Shown here in pieces: positions 44,265 through 57,619 of a stretch of DNA of 64,000 nt. The stretch comes from Eledone cirrhosa. Lineage: Eukaryota. Under the pieces are notes generated by a model. It had not been told where the DNA came from. It was given only the letters and a program-made list of their open reading frames with translations, and did no database searches. The stretch lies in NCBI GenBank assembly GCA_964016885.1, contig OZ024759.1, positions 31,992,001 to 32,056,000 of the forward strand, written 5' to 3'. Position 1 is the first letter of the stretch. Every line of letters starts with the position of its first letter. Both the position numbers and the translations under genes were made by a program.

Positions 44265-44452
44265 ATAACGAAGGAAATGTGGTAAGGAACCAGGTGGACC
44301 ATAACGCACCAAAGTACTCAATACTTAGGGTAGTAGAGTGGGTAGTAGGAACCAGTAAGACCCCGACGGCTGAGCTCAAGCCGTTTCGACGGCTAATTCT
44401 AGTCCAGAATTAGCCGTCGAAACGGCTTGAGCTCAGCCGTCGGGGTCCTACT
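44265..44452. mobile_element. Family B palindromic insert
   Basis: Arms separated by agtcc (44401-44405). Confidence 0.85.
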
Positions 44453-44471
44453 GATATATATATATATATAT

Positions 44472-44705
44472 CACCAACAGTTTTCCAAGAGACGCCAACA
44501 TGAATGGACCTGTTATTTTTATCTAAAGACATTTTTTTCCAATTCCAACCCGCTCGTCCCTTCAATCTATCTTATTTCTTATTCTTTCTTCTGATGAAGG
44601 ACCAGCGTCCGAAACGTTAAGAACCTTTTCCTGCTATTTCAAGCGTTAACCTAATATATTCCTTCCATATACTGTACCGATTGTGTTGTTATTTCTGTTT
44701 ACCTT
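44472..44705 (+). mobile_element. Family I element with minimal hammerhead (44586-44623)
   Basis: ttctt-CTGATGA-a-ggac-cagc-gtcc-GAAAC-GTT-aagaa; self-complementary AACGTT stem III. Confidence 0.8.
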
Positions 44706-44715
44706 TTACACACAC

Positions 44716-44951
<236 letters not shown>

Positions 44952-44952
44952 A

Positions 44953-45014
<62 letters not shown>

Positions 45015-46349
45015 ATATCTATTTGTCCTTCTTAACACTTTACCCGTCCACTCCCCTCATTGTTGACATCCCCCGCAGCTACAGCTGGTACTTATCTCCA
45101 GTCCATTGAAAGAGATCAATGATAGACTAGCGTCCTGTCCAGGGAGAAGTCTTTACAAGTGTTCTCAATCACTTAATGTCGCTGAAACCGGGATAAGTTT
45201 CAACTCAGGCCTCATGATGGTGGTGGTGGTGGTGTGGTGGTGGTGGTGTGGTGGTGGTGGTGTGGTGGTGGTGGTGGTGGTGTGGTGGTGTGGTGGTGTG
45301 GTGGTGGTGGTGGTGGTGGTAGTGGTGTGGTGGTGGTGGTGGTGGTGGTGTGGTGGTGGTGGTGTGGTGGTGGTGGTGTGGTGGTGTGGTGGTGTGGCTT
45401 ATTCGGACATCATCACCATCATAAACATCATCACCATCACCATCGTCATCATCGTCACCAACCTCATCAATATCAGCATCACCATCATCACCATCACCAT
45501 CACCATCATCACCATCATCACCATCACCACCATCACCACCATCATCACCATCATGACCATCACCATCATCACCATCACCATCATCATCAGCATCATCATC
45601 ATCACCATCATCATCACCACCATCATCACCATCATCATCATCATCACCATCATCAACAACATCTTCACCGTCCTCATCATCTTGTTCCTTGCAAGACTAA
45701 AAGAGAGTTTCCTCTATTCTATATTTTCTACATTCAAACACTGACCACTTTACAGAGTGTACTGGGTGTATTTTACAGAGGCTGTCTTGTTCTCTGCAAG
45801 ACTAAAGAGTCGCCTCTTCCTTGTAATTATTGGTGACATGTTCTCTTCAAACAAATCCATCCCACCGTGGTAATGCGGATGTAAAGGTGATCACGTCTCT
45901 GTCACGCCACCACCACACCACCACCATGTCACCACCACCATAACACCACCACCACCACACCACCACCACACCACCACCAAACCACACCACCACCACCACC
46001 ACACCACCACCATCACTACACCACCACCACCACCGCAACCACATCACCACCACCACCATAACTCCATACCACCACCACCACCACCACCACCACCACCACC
46101 ACCACCACCACCACCACCACAACCATCACCACCATCACCACCACACCACCACCACCACCACCACCACCATCACCACCACCACCACCACCACCACACCACC
46201 ACCATCACTATACCACCACCACCGCCACCACCACACCACCACCACCAACCATTCAATAGAAATATCAACAGTCTATCTGTAGGAAATACCACTTTCATTT
46301 CTTAATTAATTCCTCATTATATGGAGATCTTTTTATCTTAATAGCGACA

Positions 46350-46410
46350 TCACACAGACACACACACACATTCTCTCTCTCTCACCCTCTCCCCAATACA
46401 CACACACACA

Positions 46411-46445
<35 letters not shown>

Positions 46446-46484
46446 ACATTCTCTCTCTCACCCTCTCCCCAATACACACACACA

Positions 46485-46516
<32 letters not shown>

Positions 46517-46553
46517 TTCTCTCTCTCACCCTCTCCCCAATAACACACACACA

Positions 46554-46585
<32 letters not shown>

Positions 46586-46621
46586 TTCTCTCTCTCACCC
46601 TCTCCCCAATACACACACACA

Positions 46622-46655
<34 letters not shown>

Positions 46656-46762
46656 TTCTCTCTCTCACCCTCTCCCCAATACACACACACACTCTCTCTT
46701 TACACACACACACACACACACACACATTCTCTCTCTCACCCTCTCCCCAATACACACACACA

Positions 46763-46794
<32 letters not shown>

Positions 46795-46951
46795 TTCTCT
46801 CTCTCACCCTCTCCCCAATACACACACACACTCTCTCTCTCTCACACACACACACATTCTCTCTCTCACCCTCTCCCAATACACACACACACTCTCTCTC
46901 TCACACACACACACACATTCTCTCTCACCCTCTCCCCAATACACACACACA

Positions 46952-46987
<36 letters not shown>

Positions 46988-47023
46988 TTCTCTCTCTCAC
47001 CCTCTCCCCAATACACACACACA

Positions 47024-47055
<32 letters not shown>

Positions 47056-47157
47056 TTCTCTCTCTCACCCTCTCCCCAATACACACACACACTCTCTCTC
47101 TCTCACACACACACACACACATTCTCTCTCTCACCCTCTCCCCAATACACACACACA

Positions 47158-47189
<32 letters not shown>

Positions 47190-47225
47190 TTCTCTCTCTC
47201 ACCCTCTCCCCAATACACACACACA

Positions 47226-47257
<32 letters not shown>

Positions 47258-47293
47258 TTCTCTCTCTCACCCTCTCCCCAATACACACACACA

Positions 47294-47325
<32 letters not shown>

Positions 47326-47361
47326 TTCTCTCTCTCACCCTCTCCCCAATACACACACACA

Positions 47362-47393
<32 letters not shown>

Positions 47394-47431
47394 TTCTCTC
47401 TCTCACCCTCTCCCCAATACACACACACACA

Positions 47432-47467
<36 letters not shown>

Positions 47468-47505
47468 TTCTCTCTCTCACCCTCTCCCCAATACACACAC
47501 ACACA

Positions 47506-47541
<36 letters not shown>

Positions 47542-47641
47542 TTCTCTCTCTCACCCTCTCCCCAATACACACACACACTCTCTCTCTCTCACACACACAC
47601 ACATTCTCTCTCTCACCCTCTCCCCAATACACACACACACA

Positions 47642-47676
<35 letters not shown>

Positions 47677-47781
47677 ACATTCTCTCTCTCACCCTCTCCC
47701 CAATACACACACACACTCTCTCTCTCTCACACACACACACACACATTCTCTCTCTCACCCTCTCCCTAATACACACACACA

Positions 47782-47816
<35 letters not shown>

Positions 47817-47853
47817 ATTCTCTCTCTCACCCTCTCCCTAATACACACACACA

Positions 47854-47888
<35 letters not shown>

Positions 47889-47925
47889 ATTCTCTCTCTC
47901 ACCCTCTCCCCAATACACACACACA

Positions 47926-47957
<32 letters not shown>

Positions 47958-47993
47958 TTCTCTCTCTCACCCTCTCCCCAATACACACACACA

Positions 47994-48028
<35 letters not shown>

Positions 48029-48065
48029 ATTCTCTCTCTCACCCTCTCCCCAATACACACACACA

Positions 48066-48101
<36 letters not shown>

Positions 48102-48201
48102 TTCTCTCTCTCACCCTCTCCCCAATACACACACACACTCTCTCTCTCTCACACACACACACACATTCTCTCTCTCACCCTCTCCCTAATACACACACAC
48201 A

Positions 48202-48236
<35 letters not shown>

Positions 48237-48273
48237 ATTCTCTCTCTCACCCTCTCCCCAATACACACACACA

Positions 48274-48305
<32 letters not shown>

Positions 48306-48341
48306 TTCTCTCTCTCACCCTCTCCCTAATACACACACACA

Positions 48342-48376
<35 letters not shown>

Positions 48377-48413
48377 ATTCTCTCTCTCACCCTCTCCCCA
48401 ATACACACACACA

Positions 48414-48445
<32 letters not shown>

Positions 48446-48481
48446 TTCTCTCTCTCACCCTCTCCCCAATACACACACACA

Positions 48482-48513
<32 letters not shown>

Positions 48514-48549
48514 TTCTCTCTCTCACCCTCTCCCTAATACACACACACA

Positions 48550-48584
<35 letters not shown>

Positions 48585-48621
48585 ATTCTCTCTCTCACCC
48601 TCTCCCCAATACACACACACA

Positions 48622-48653
<32 letters not shown>

Positions 48654-48751
48654 TTCTCTCTCTCACCCTCTCCCCAATACACACACACACTCTCTCTCTC
48701 ACACACACACACACATTCTCTCTCTCACCCTCTCCCCAATACACACACACA

Positions 48752-48783
<32 letters not shown>

Positions 48784-48819
48784 TTCTCTCTCTCACCCTC
48801 TCCCCAATACACACACACA

Positions 48820-48851
<32 letters not shown>

Positions 48852-48887
48852 TTCTCTCTCTCACCCTCTCCCCAATACACACACACA

Positions 48888-48919
<32 letters not shown>

Positions 48920-48990
48920 TTCTCTCTCTCACCCTCTCCCCAATACACACACACACACACACTCTCTCTCACACACACACACACCCACAC
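46350..48990. repeat. ~60-70 bp compound minisatellite, ~40 units
   Basis: attctctctctcaccctctccccaata(ca)n(ct)n(ca)n. Confidence 0.97.
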
Positions 48991-49099
48991 ATTTAATACT
49001 CTGACACACCTCGGCTGCTTCATTATCTAACACACACACACACTCACATACAGCCACACATACATCATGGTGTTATGTTGGTGGTGATGATAATTGGGA

Positions 49100-49194
49100 T
49101 GATAGTATCTGTAGTAGTAGTAGTAGTAGTAGTAGTAGTATCTGTAGTAGTAGTAGTAGTAGTATATGTAGTAGTAGTAGTAGTAGTAGTATCT

Positions 49195-49248
<54 letters not shown>

Positions 49249-49370
49249 TCTGTAGTAGTAGTAGTAGTAGTAGTATCTGTAGTAGCAGTAGCAGTAGTAG
49301 TGGTAGTAGTAGCAGTAGTAGCAGCAGCAGCAATAGCAGTAGCAGCAGTAGCAACAGCAGCAGCAGTAGT

Positions 49371-49405
<35 letters not shown>

Positions 49406-49409
49406 CAGC

Positions 49410-49441
<32 letters not shown>

Positions 49442-49813
49442 TAGCAGCAGCAGCAGTAGCAGCAGCAGTAACAGCAGAGCAGCAGTAGCAGCAGCAGTAG
49501 CAGCAGCGATAGCAATAGCAATAGCAGCAGCAATAGCAGTAGCAGCAGCAGCAGTAGCAGTAGCAGCAGCAGCAATAGCAGCAGTAGCAGTAGCAGCAGC
49601 AGCAATAGCAGCAATAGCAGCAGCAGTAGCAGCAGCAGCAGTAGCAGTAGCAGCAGCAGCAATAGCAGCAGTAGCAGTAGCAGCAGCAGCAATAGCAGCA
49701 ATAGCAGTAGCAGTAGCAGCAGCAGCAGTAGCAGTAGCAGTAGCAGCAATAACAGTAGCAGTAGCAGCAGCAGCAGCAATAGCAGCAATAGCAGTAGTAG
49801 CAGCAGCAGCAGT

Positions 49814-49844
<31 letters not shown>

Positions 49845-49980
49845 GCAGTAGCAGTAGCAATAGCAGTAGCAGCAGCAGCAGCAGCAATAGCAGCGGCAGT
49901 AACAGTAACAGCAGCAGCAGTAGCAGCAGCAGTAGCAGCAGTAGCAGCAGTAGTAACAACAATAGCAGCAGCAGCAGCAT
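49100..49980. repeat. (TAG)n grading into a (CAG)/(TAG)/(CAA) triplet array
   Basis: Directly visible; many TAG stops in the poly-Q frame. Confidence 0.95.
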
Positions 49981-49990
49981 TGATGTATCA

Positions 49991-50008
49991 ACGTCACGTG
50001 TGACGTAA
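49991..50008. promoter_or_regulatory. Overlapping CRE half-sites and E-box
   Basis: ACGTCAC-gt-GTGACGT dyad containing CACGTG and TGACGTAA. Confidence 0.4.
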
Positions 50009-50152
50009 CATCCAATTCCATATAAAACATCAATGAAACAAACCTAGGAACACTAAGCTACGTTAATCTAGGAAATCAGGGGAGGTCACTCTCGTTACAG
50101 TCCCTATTAATATTAACTTGTAACGTCAATTATATATAAATATATATATATG

Positions 50153-50185
<33 letters not shown>

Positions 50186-50186
<1 letters not shown>

Positions 50187-50540
50187 CGATATTAAACAAA
50201 TGGAAACTATATATATAAAACCATATTTATTTCATTATACATATTTCGGGGATACCATATTAAAAATATGGCATGCCTTCTTCAGATAAAATACAATATA
50301 TAAACAGTTTTATAAATAATTTTGACGTACCATAAATATTGAGCAACCGTTATGTAAGAGGACGGTTTAATATGGTATCCCCGAAATATGTATAATGAAA
50401 TAAATATGGTTTTATATATATAAATATAGTTTCCATTTGTTTAATATCGTATATCTACTCCAAATACTTGTCGAGTGCTTTATATCAGTTATAAAATATT
50501 TACTTGTTGTAACCCAACAATTTTAAATAAAACTTTTGCA
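50186..50540. mobile_element. Family D element, inverted-duplicated; hammerhead 50229-50292 (-)
   Basis: attttat-CTGAAGA-aggcatgccatatt..aatatggtatcccc-GAAA-tatgta-TA-atgaaat; arms 50186-50264 and 50366-50451. Confidence 0.85.
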
Positions 50541-50545
50541 TATAT

Positions 50546-50609
<64 letters not shown>

Positions 50610-50631
50610 ATATCTATATATATATATCTAT

Positions 50632-50958
50632 CTAAGGCGGGTAAAATTCCCGAGATCCATGGACGAGTTCTCTCCAGCAGTCTCTGTCCCTCATTATCGC
50701 TGCCATGTCCTGCGTCTCCAACAGATGGTGGATGGGTGCTACACGAGAATGCTGAGGATGGCTCTGAACATTAATCAGTATACACTGAGGATGAAAAACT
50801 CAGAGCTGTACGGGAGCATCCCAAAAGTCAGCTCAAAACTGACACGGAGGAGACTGAGGTTGGCTGGACATGCTCACCGACATCCAGAGTTGACATTGCA
50901 CTCAGTGCTCCTGTGGGAGCCCCTACATGGACACACTGGAAGAGGAAGACCGAGGAGA
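50632..50958. mobile_element. RTE-clade LINE 3' fragment with internal inversion
   Basis: + strand MVDGCYTRMLRMALNI..RRRLRLAGHAHRHPELTLHSVLLWEPLHGHTGRGRPR; - strand 50632-50723 encodes LLETQDMAAIMRDRDCWRELVHGSREFYPP*. Confidence 0.85.
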
Positions 50959-51205
50959 TATATACATATAACTATTACTATTACTGCTGAGTTGCCGACG
51001 CAAAATAGCTGGCTTGCATACACACACATACTGATGTAGGTATGCACACGTACACACGTTCGCGCGCGCGCACCCGTATGATGGTGTTGGTGGCTGTGGT
51101 GGTAGAAGTGGTGGTTGGTGTTTGATAATAACTAATCACTACACCTAAATTGACCAAATTTGCCGCCTGCCCCCTTTCATTCAGAAATGCTTCCACCGCC
51201 TGTGT

Positions 51206-51301
<96 letters not shown>

Positions 51302-51342
51302 CTCTCTCTCTATATATATACATATATATACAAATATATTTC

Positions 51343-51374
<32 letters not shown>

Positions 51375-51397
51375 CATGTGTGTATATATATATATAT

Positions 51398-51490
<93 letters not shown>

Positions 51491-51535
51491 CACATGTGTG
51501 TATATATACATGTGTGTATATATATATATATAAAC

Positions 51536-51587
<52 letters not shown>

Positions 51588-51818
51588 GTGTATATATATA
51601 TATATATATATATACATGTTTGTATATATATATATATACATGTGTGTATATATATATTTGTATGTGTCTATATATATATATATATATACATGCGTGTATA
51701 TATATATATATATATACATATATATTTGTATGTGTGTGTGTATATATATATATATATACATACATATACGTGTGTGTATATATATATATAAATATATATT
51801 TGTATGTGTGTGTGTGCG

Positions 51819-51878
<60 letters not shown>

Positions 51879-52050
51879 AGCACGGCTTAGTGGTTGTAGT
51901 GTCGTGGTTCGAATCTCGGACCGGGCTCTGCATTATGTCCTTGAGCAAGACACTTTATTTCACGTTGCTTCAGTTTACTCACCTGTAGAAATGAGGTGTG
52001 ATGTCACTGGTGCCAAGCTGTATCGGTCATTGCCTTTCACTTGCTAATAA
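51879..52050 (+). mobile_element. CORE-type tRNA SINE
   Basis: A/B-box-like ggcttagtgg..ggttcgaatc then gtccttgagcaagacactttatttcacgttgcttcagtttactcacctgtagaaatg. Confidence 0.75.
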
Positions 52051-52087
52051 CGATATATACAAAAAGGTCTTTCATTATATATATATA

Positions 52088-52424
52088 TCCCGTTCGGACA
52101 CCCCCGTCTCCCTCTCCCCACTCCATCCGCCACCACCCCTACACGCCCCACACCCTTCCACCACCTGTTTTACCCCATTTTAATTTTATTTTGATCATGC
52201 CTTTATTTTTAATTTCATTTGCACCGTTTCCTCTCACCCCCGTTTTGCTATATGTCTCTTCACCACTCCACTACACTCCCTTTGAACTCTCTTCCCACAC
52301 ACTTTTCACCTGAAGAAGGGCTTATGCCCGAAACGTCGTTCCCCACCATCACCCCACTCTCAAGAGCGTGAAATTAATAAACCTTTGTTCGTACTGCCTC
52401 TCTGTTTTGTTCCCGTTCAATTTT

Positions 52425-52430
<6 letters not shown>
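52088..52430 (+). mobile_element. Family C element with minimal hammerhead (52308-52339)
   Basis: ac-CTGAAGA-a-gggc-ttat-gccc-GAAAC-GTC-gt; (TA)n on both sides. Confidence 0.8.
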
Positions 52431-52485
<55 letters not shown>

Positions 52486-52755
52486 TTTAACTCATCAGTT
52501 ACAGATGACGTACCATTTTCAGCACTCAATACTATTACATGATTCCAGCTATCAATGTAGGATTTGTTACAGAAACAAATCAAGGTTAATAAGTAAGTAT
52601 TAATTTAGCTTCGTATACATATTTTGTTCACACGTGACAGGCGTTTCACAATCGATCAGCTCAAGGTATGATTGGTCTCGATTGGGACTTACTCTGGACT
52701 GGATAGGTCTTCAGACTCATGGATATCCATCTCTTTCTCTCTCTCTCTCTCTCTC

Positions 52756-52827
<72 letters not shown>

Positions 52828-53089
52828 TCGCTCACTCACTCTCTCTCTCTCGCTCGCTCGCTCACTCACTCACTCACTCACTCACTCACTCACTCACTCA
52901 CTCACTCACTCACTCACTCACTCACTCACTCACTCACTCACTCACTCACTCACTCACTCACTCACTCACTCACTCACTCACTCACTCACTCACTCACTCA
53001 CTCACTCACTCACTCACTCACCACCCCCTCTCTCTCTCCATATATGTAAGTTTTCTCCTACCATATATGTATTGCAGAGGTTGAGCAGA

Positions 53090-53211
53090 ATGTCTGGAAC
53101 GACGGAAGAGAATCGCTACCGTCAGCGCAAACCCACCCCACTACAGATTGACCCCGCGGCACAACTTGACGCGACCAAGGTGAAAGACAAGGACTTCTCA
53201 AACTGCCAACC
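53090..53211 (+). CDS. Coding exon A of a small spliced protein (MSGTTEENRYRQRKPTPLQIDPAAQLDATKVKDKDFSNCQ); exon starts at 53078
   Basis: Acceptor ttgcag| at 53077, ATG with A at -3, donor cc|gtaagt at 53212, complex GC-balanced sequence; frame is open to the acceptor, so it may extend upstream. Confidence 0.7.
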
Positions 53212-53619
53212 GTAAGTTCTTCTCAGACCACTCTCATTGTTCCTTTCAGCACATAACTGCCTCAACCCTCCATTCTTCCTGGTTCTGTGACACAAAACTG
53301 TTTGCTTGTTTGTTTTAAACTATTTATAACTATCTGCTAAGAGTTGCAACCGGAAGATAATATCAGCATTGGAAAGACTAATGAAAACATTGTATCCTTG
53401 GTCTAATTTGACGAGACCCAACCAAACTACTCAGTAATGAGGTCTGGGATCTTGTCAATCAACTTCTTCTTATTAAAAAAAAATTGAAAAGAACAAAGTA
53501 AAACAAAAAACCTGCCATCGTAATTTTATGCAAAAAACTTTAAGTTATGTTCCAAACACCATATTGATAATGAGGAATTTAGTTATATTACTAATCTCCT
53601 CCAAATTTCTCAGAGAAGA

Positions 53620-54285
53620 ATGGATACCCAATAGTGTGTGTGTATATTATGTTTATTCAACAAAGTTGGGACTTAGCTCATGGTCTCTAAAAACGGATAC
53701 CCAATAGGGTGTGTATATTGTTTTTAACAAAACATTTGAACGTTGGAACTTAGCTCAGGTTCCCCCAGAAGAATGGAGGATACCCAGCAGTGTCTGTATC
53801 TGAAATAAAATTTATTTATTAGAAAGAAATATACAAAAATGAACATATTTTTTTTAAATGATGAAAATAGTAAACAGGAAGGGAAAAAAATATTTAAAAA
53901 ATGACAAAAACAAAATAGGTTAGGGGAAAAGAGGAAGAAACATTTACATCATTGGTTGGGGGTTAAGAAATAAATAAAGTACTTGACATTTTGAACTTAG
54001 CTCATAGCCTTCCAGAAGAATTGATTCTGTGTATTTAAAAAAGTCAACTTAGCTCACAGACGACCAGAGGAATTGACACCTAGAGTGTGTTTATAATGTT
54101 TTTAACAAAGTATTTTGAAAATTTAAACTTAACCCAAGGATACCCAGTAATTTGTGCATATTATGTGTTTTTAACAAACTACTTGGAAATATAAATTTAA
54201 CTCACAGTCCCTCAACAATGGATACACAATAGTGTGTGTATATTAAGTTTTTAACAAAGTATTTGAAAATTTAAACTGACCATGG
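53620..54285. repeat. Diverged intronic tandem repeat
   Basis: Recurrent ggatacccaatag.gtgtgtatatt..tttttaacaaa..aacttagctca. Confidence 0.7.
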
Positions 54286-54341
54286 CTGGCTCATATAGGG
54301 CTGTCTGGCAGGTTTCCTACGGGTGGATGCCCTTCCTAACA

Positions 54342-54414
<73 letters not shown>

Positions 54415-54418
<4 letters not shown>

Positions 54419-54592
54419 ATCCAGGGATAACTTGAACCGTTAAGGTACATTATCCCTGGTTATGTCAAAATTTATAAAACACACTTCGTATTTTATCTGA
54501 TGATAGCGTACCAAAAGTTTTGGTACCCTTGAAATATGTATAATAAAATAAATATGGTTTTATAAATATAGTTTCCATTTATTAATATATTG
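54415..54592 (+). mobile_element. Family D element with hammerhead (54490-54549), in the predicted intron
   Basis: attttat-CTGATGA-tagcgtaccaaaa-g-ttttggtaccctt-GAAA-tatgta-TA-ataaaat. Confidence 0.85.
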
Positions 54593-54658
54593 TATATATA
54601 TATATATATATATATATAAGAGGGTGTTAAAGTTTGCTTGAAGCATTGTGAAATGTGT

Positions 54659-55140
54659 AAAATACGTATTTAAGAAAGCCACAACAATGCAGAGGGAAAT
54701 CTCGAGGTAGGAAGTGAAAGATAGATAGGAAAAACAGGTGAAAGTGAAAATAGAGAGAGTCAAAGATGAAAACAAAACAAAGGTAGAAGGGTTACCGTAG
54801 TAGAGATTTAATCCCAATATTTCGGGCTCACGCCCATCAACGGGGGAAAGTTCCAAAAGTTGTGATGTCGTTAAGACAGGAATGCCGTTAACGGCATTCC
54901 TGTCTTAACGACATCACAACTTTCTCCGCTTGGCCTGTTCCCCCCCTTTTGGAACTTTCCCCCGTTGATGGGCGTGAGTCCGAAATATTGGGATTAAATC
55001 TCTACTACGGTAACCCTTCTACCTTTGTTTTGTTTTCATCTTTGACTCTCTCAATTTTCACTTTCACCTGTTTTTCCTATCTATCTTTCACTTCCTACCT
55101 CGAGATTTCCCTCTGCATTGTTGTGGCTTTCTTAAATACG

Positions 55141-55146
<6 letters not shown>
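54659..55146. mobile_element. Family J nested palindrome with variant hammerhead-like fold (54958-54993)
   Basis: 200-bp outer arms 54659-54858 / 54947-55146; inner perfect palindrome 54856-54923; tccc-CCGTTGA-t-gggc-gtga-gtcc-GAAA-ta-TT-ggga. Confidence 0.8.
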
Positions 55147-55187
<41 letters not shown>

Positions 55188-55192
<5 letters not shown>

Positions 55193-55330
55193 AGATCAAA
55201 AGATGGTTAAAAGAGTTCCATGTATTTTATTATGCGCATTTCAAAAACAAATATCATGCGATGACATTTGTGTTTTCGTCAGATAAAATAGGGAGACATG
55301 ATATGAAGGTTAAAAAACACTTGTGAATAG
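55188..55330 (-). mobile_element. Family D-type element with hammerhead (55224-55289)
   Basis: attttat-CTGACGA-aaacacaaatgtcat-cgc-atgatatttgttttt-GAAA-tgcgca-TA-ataaaat. Confidence 0.8.
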
Positions 55331-55530
55331 TGCAGTTTTAAATCAATATATATATATAGTATTAAGGATACTATTTATGGTTATGTATACAATAAAACCT
55401 TTTATGGTTATATATATTTTAAACCCTAAATAGTGAAAGACAGTAATTCATTACTATCTTATTACCAGTAAGATAAATAGCTCAATGTAATAACATATAT
55501 ATATATCCTCTCATATTTTTTGTTTTACAG

Positions 55531-55642
55531 ATTATCGGAAGCTCTGGATTTACCATCGGCAAATGACCCGTCGCTTCCACCCTCGCCGGCCACCAGAAAA
55601 TCACCTTTCACTTTCGAGTTTCCGGTCGAAGCTGCTAAGTAG
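55531..55642 (+). CDS. Terminal coding exon B ((P)LSEALDLPSANDPSLPPSPATRKSPFTFEFPVEAAK*)
   Basis: Strong acceptor ttttttgttttacag|; phase-2 junction cc|a matches exon A; TAG at 55640-55642. Confidence 0.7.
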
Positions 55643-55887
55643 GCGGCAGCACCGTCACTACTGGAGCATGTTGGGCTGCCATTGCAATTTGTACATAAAC
55701 CTCCTCCTCCTCCTCCTCTTCCCTTTATCTATACAACTCCCCCTCTTCCTTGCCTCTACTCCTCTTCATCCGCCCCCCGTCTGCTACTAACGCCAAATCC
55801 TTTACCCTCGACACCACCTACACCACCCCTTTTTCAGGACTCTTGATAAATAATTCTTTAACTCTCGTTCATCTCGGATACCCGCCT

Positions 55888-55966
<79 letters not shown>

Positions 55967-56062
55967 CATATATATATATACATATATCTATATATATCTA
56001 TATATATATATACATACATCTGTTTCTATACATATAGATATGTACACACACATAATACATGC

Positions 56063-56111
<49 letters not shown>

Positions 56112-56219
56112 CTTTTCATTTATTCGTTCAACTCATCTTCATTTCAAAAACCCGGTTATAATTGATTTATTTTTAACACACTGACACACACACACGCACG
56201 CACACACATTCACACACAC

Positions 56220-56261
<42 letters not shown>

Positions 56262-56269
56262 GCACACGC

Positions 56270-56315
<46 letters not shown>

Positions 56316-56379
56316 ATGTATAAATTTCTACGTGCAAGAGTCTTTCTTGATGCTGGTTGTTAGCATGTGTGTATGTGTT

Positions 56380-56446
<67 letters not shown>

Positions 56447-56929
56447 CGTACCCTTAATCCTAGTTTTATGCAAATGTGCGTATATATAGCCTCTGTTTGG
56501 TTGGGTGGATTACTAGGGGTTGATATAGATGGAATGTGTGTGTATACGGATATCAGAGCAGTGTAGTGTAGGGAGCATGTGTATACATGTCTGTCTGTCT
56601 GTCTGTTTGTCAGACAGTGAAGTAAGTTGAGGGGAAGAATGCAGGACCTTTGCTTGGCTCTGGTGCTTGGGTGGGGTAGGCTTTGGAACTCTTTGTGTGG
56701 CCACCCTAATTTGCAATAATTCTAAGGTCGATGTTTCGGAATAAGTATACCACTGTAAATGTTCCAATTCTGAGGGTGCACCTTTGAAAAGTAGGGTAGG
56801 GAGGGGAGAAGGCAGTGTTTTTTTTTAGTGCCCTTCCCCCATCCTTGGCGATGGGCACATAAGGATATATATATATATACATATATGTGTATATATATAT
56901 ATACATATATTTTTATATATATATATATG

Positions 56930-56983
<54 letters not shown>

Positions 56984-57067
56984 CACATATACATATATAT
57001 ATACATATATTTATATATATATATATATACACACACACACATATGTGTGTATATATACATATATATG

Positions 57068-57117
<50 letters not shown>

Positions 57118-57155
57118 TACACTCACACATATGTGTGTATATATACATATATATG

Positions 57156-57225
<70 letters not shown>

Positions 57226-57416
57226 TCCTATGTGTGTATATAGATGTATGTGTATAGATATATGTGTATTTAAAACTGTTGATTAGGTTATATAAGACAT
57301 ATGTAAAAGCTCTGTTAATGGAAAATGATGATGTGACCAGAAAGACTTGTGAAACTCAAAGTATTTTTAAAGGCATACCATATATACATATATGTATATA
57401 TATATGTATATATATA

Positions 57417-57496
<80 letters not shown>

Positions 57497-57585
57497 CTTA
57501 GATATATAGATATATATATGCATCTCTCTATATATATATTGTGTACATATCTATGCATTTATATATAAAAAAATATATATATATT

Positions 57586-57619
<34 letters not shown>

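Noticed and set aside
49027-50033. Poly-Q, poly-L or poly-C protein
   Set aside because: Triplet microsatellite with frequent TAG in the CAG frame
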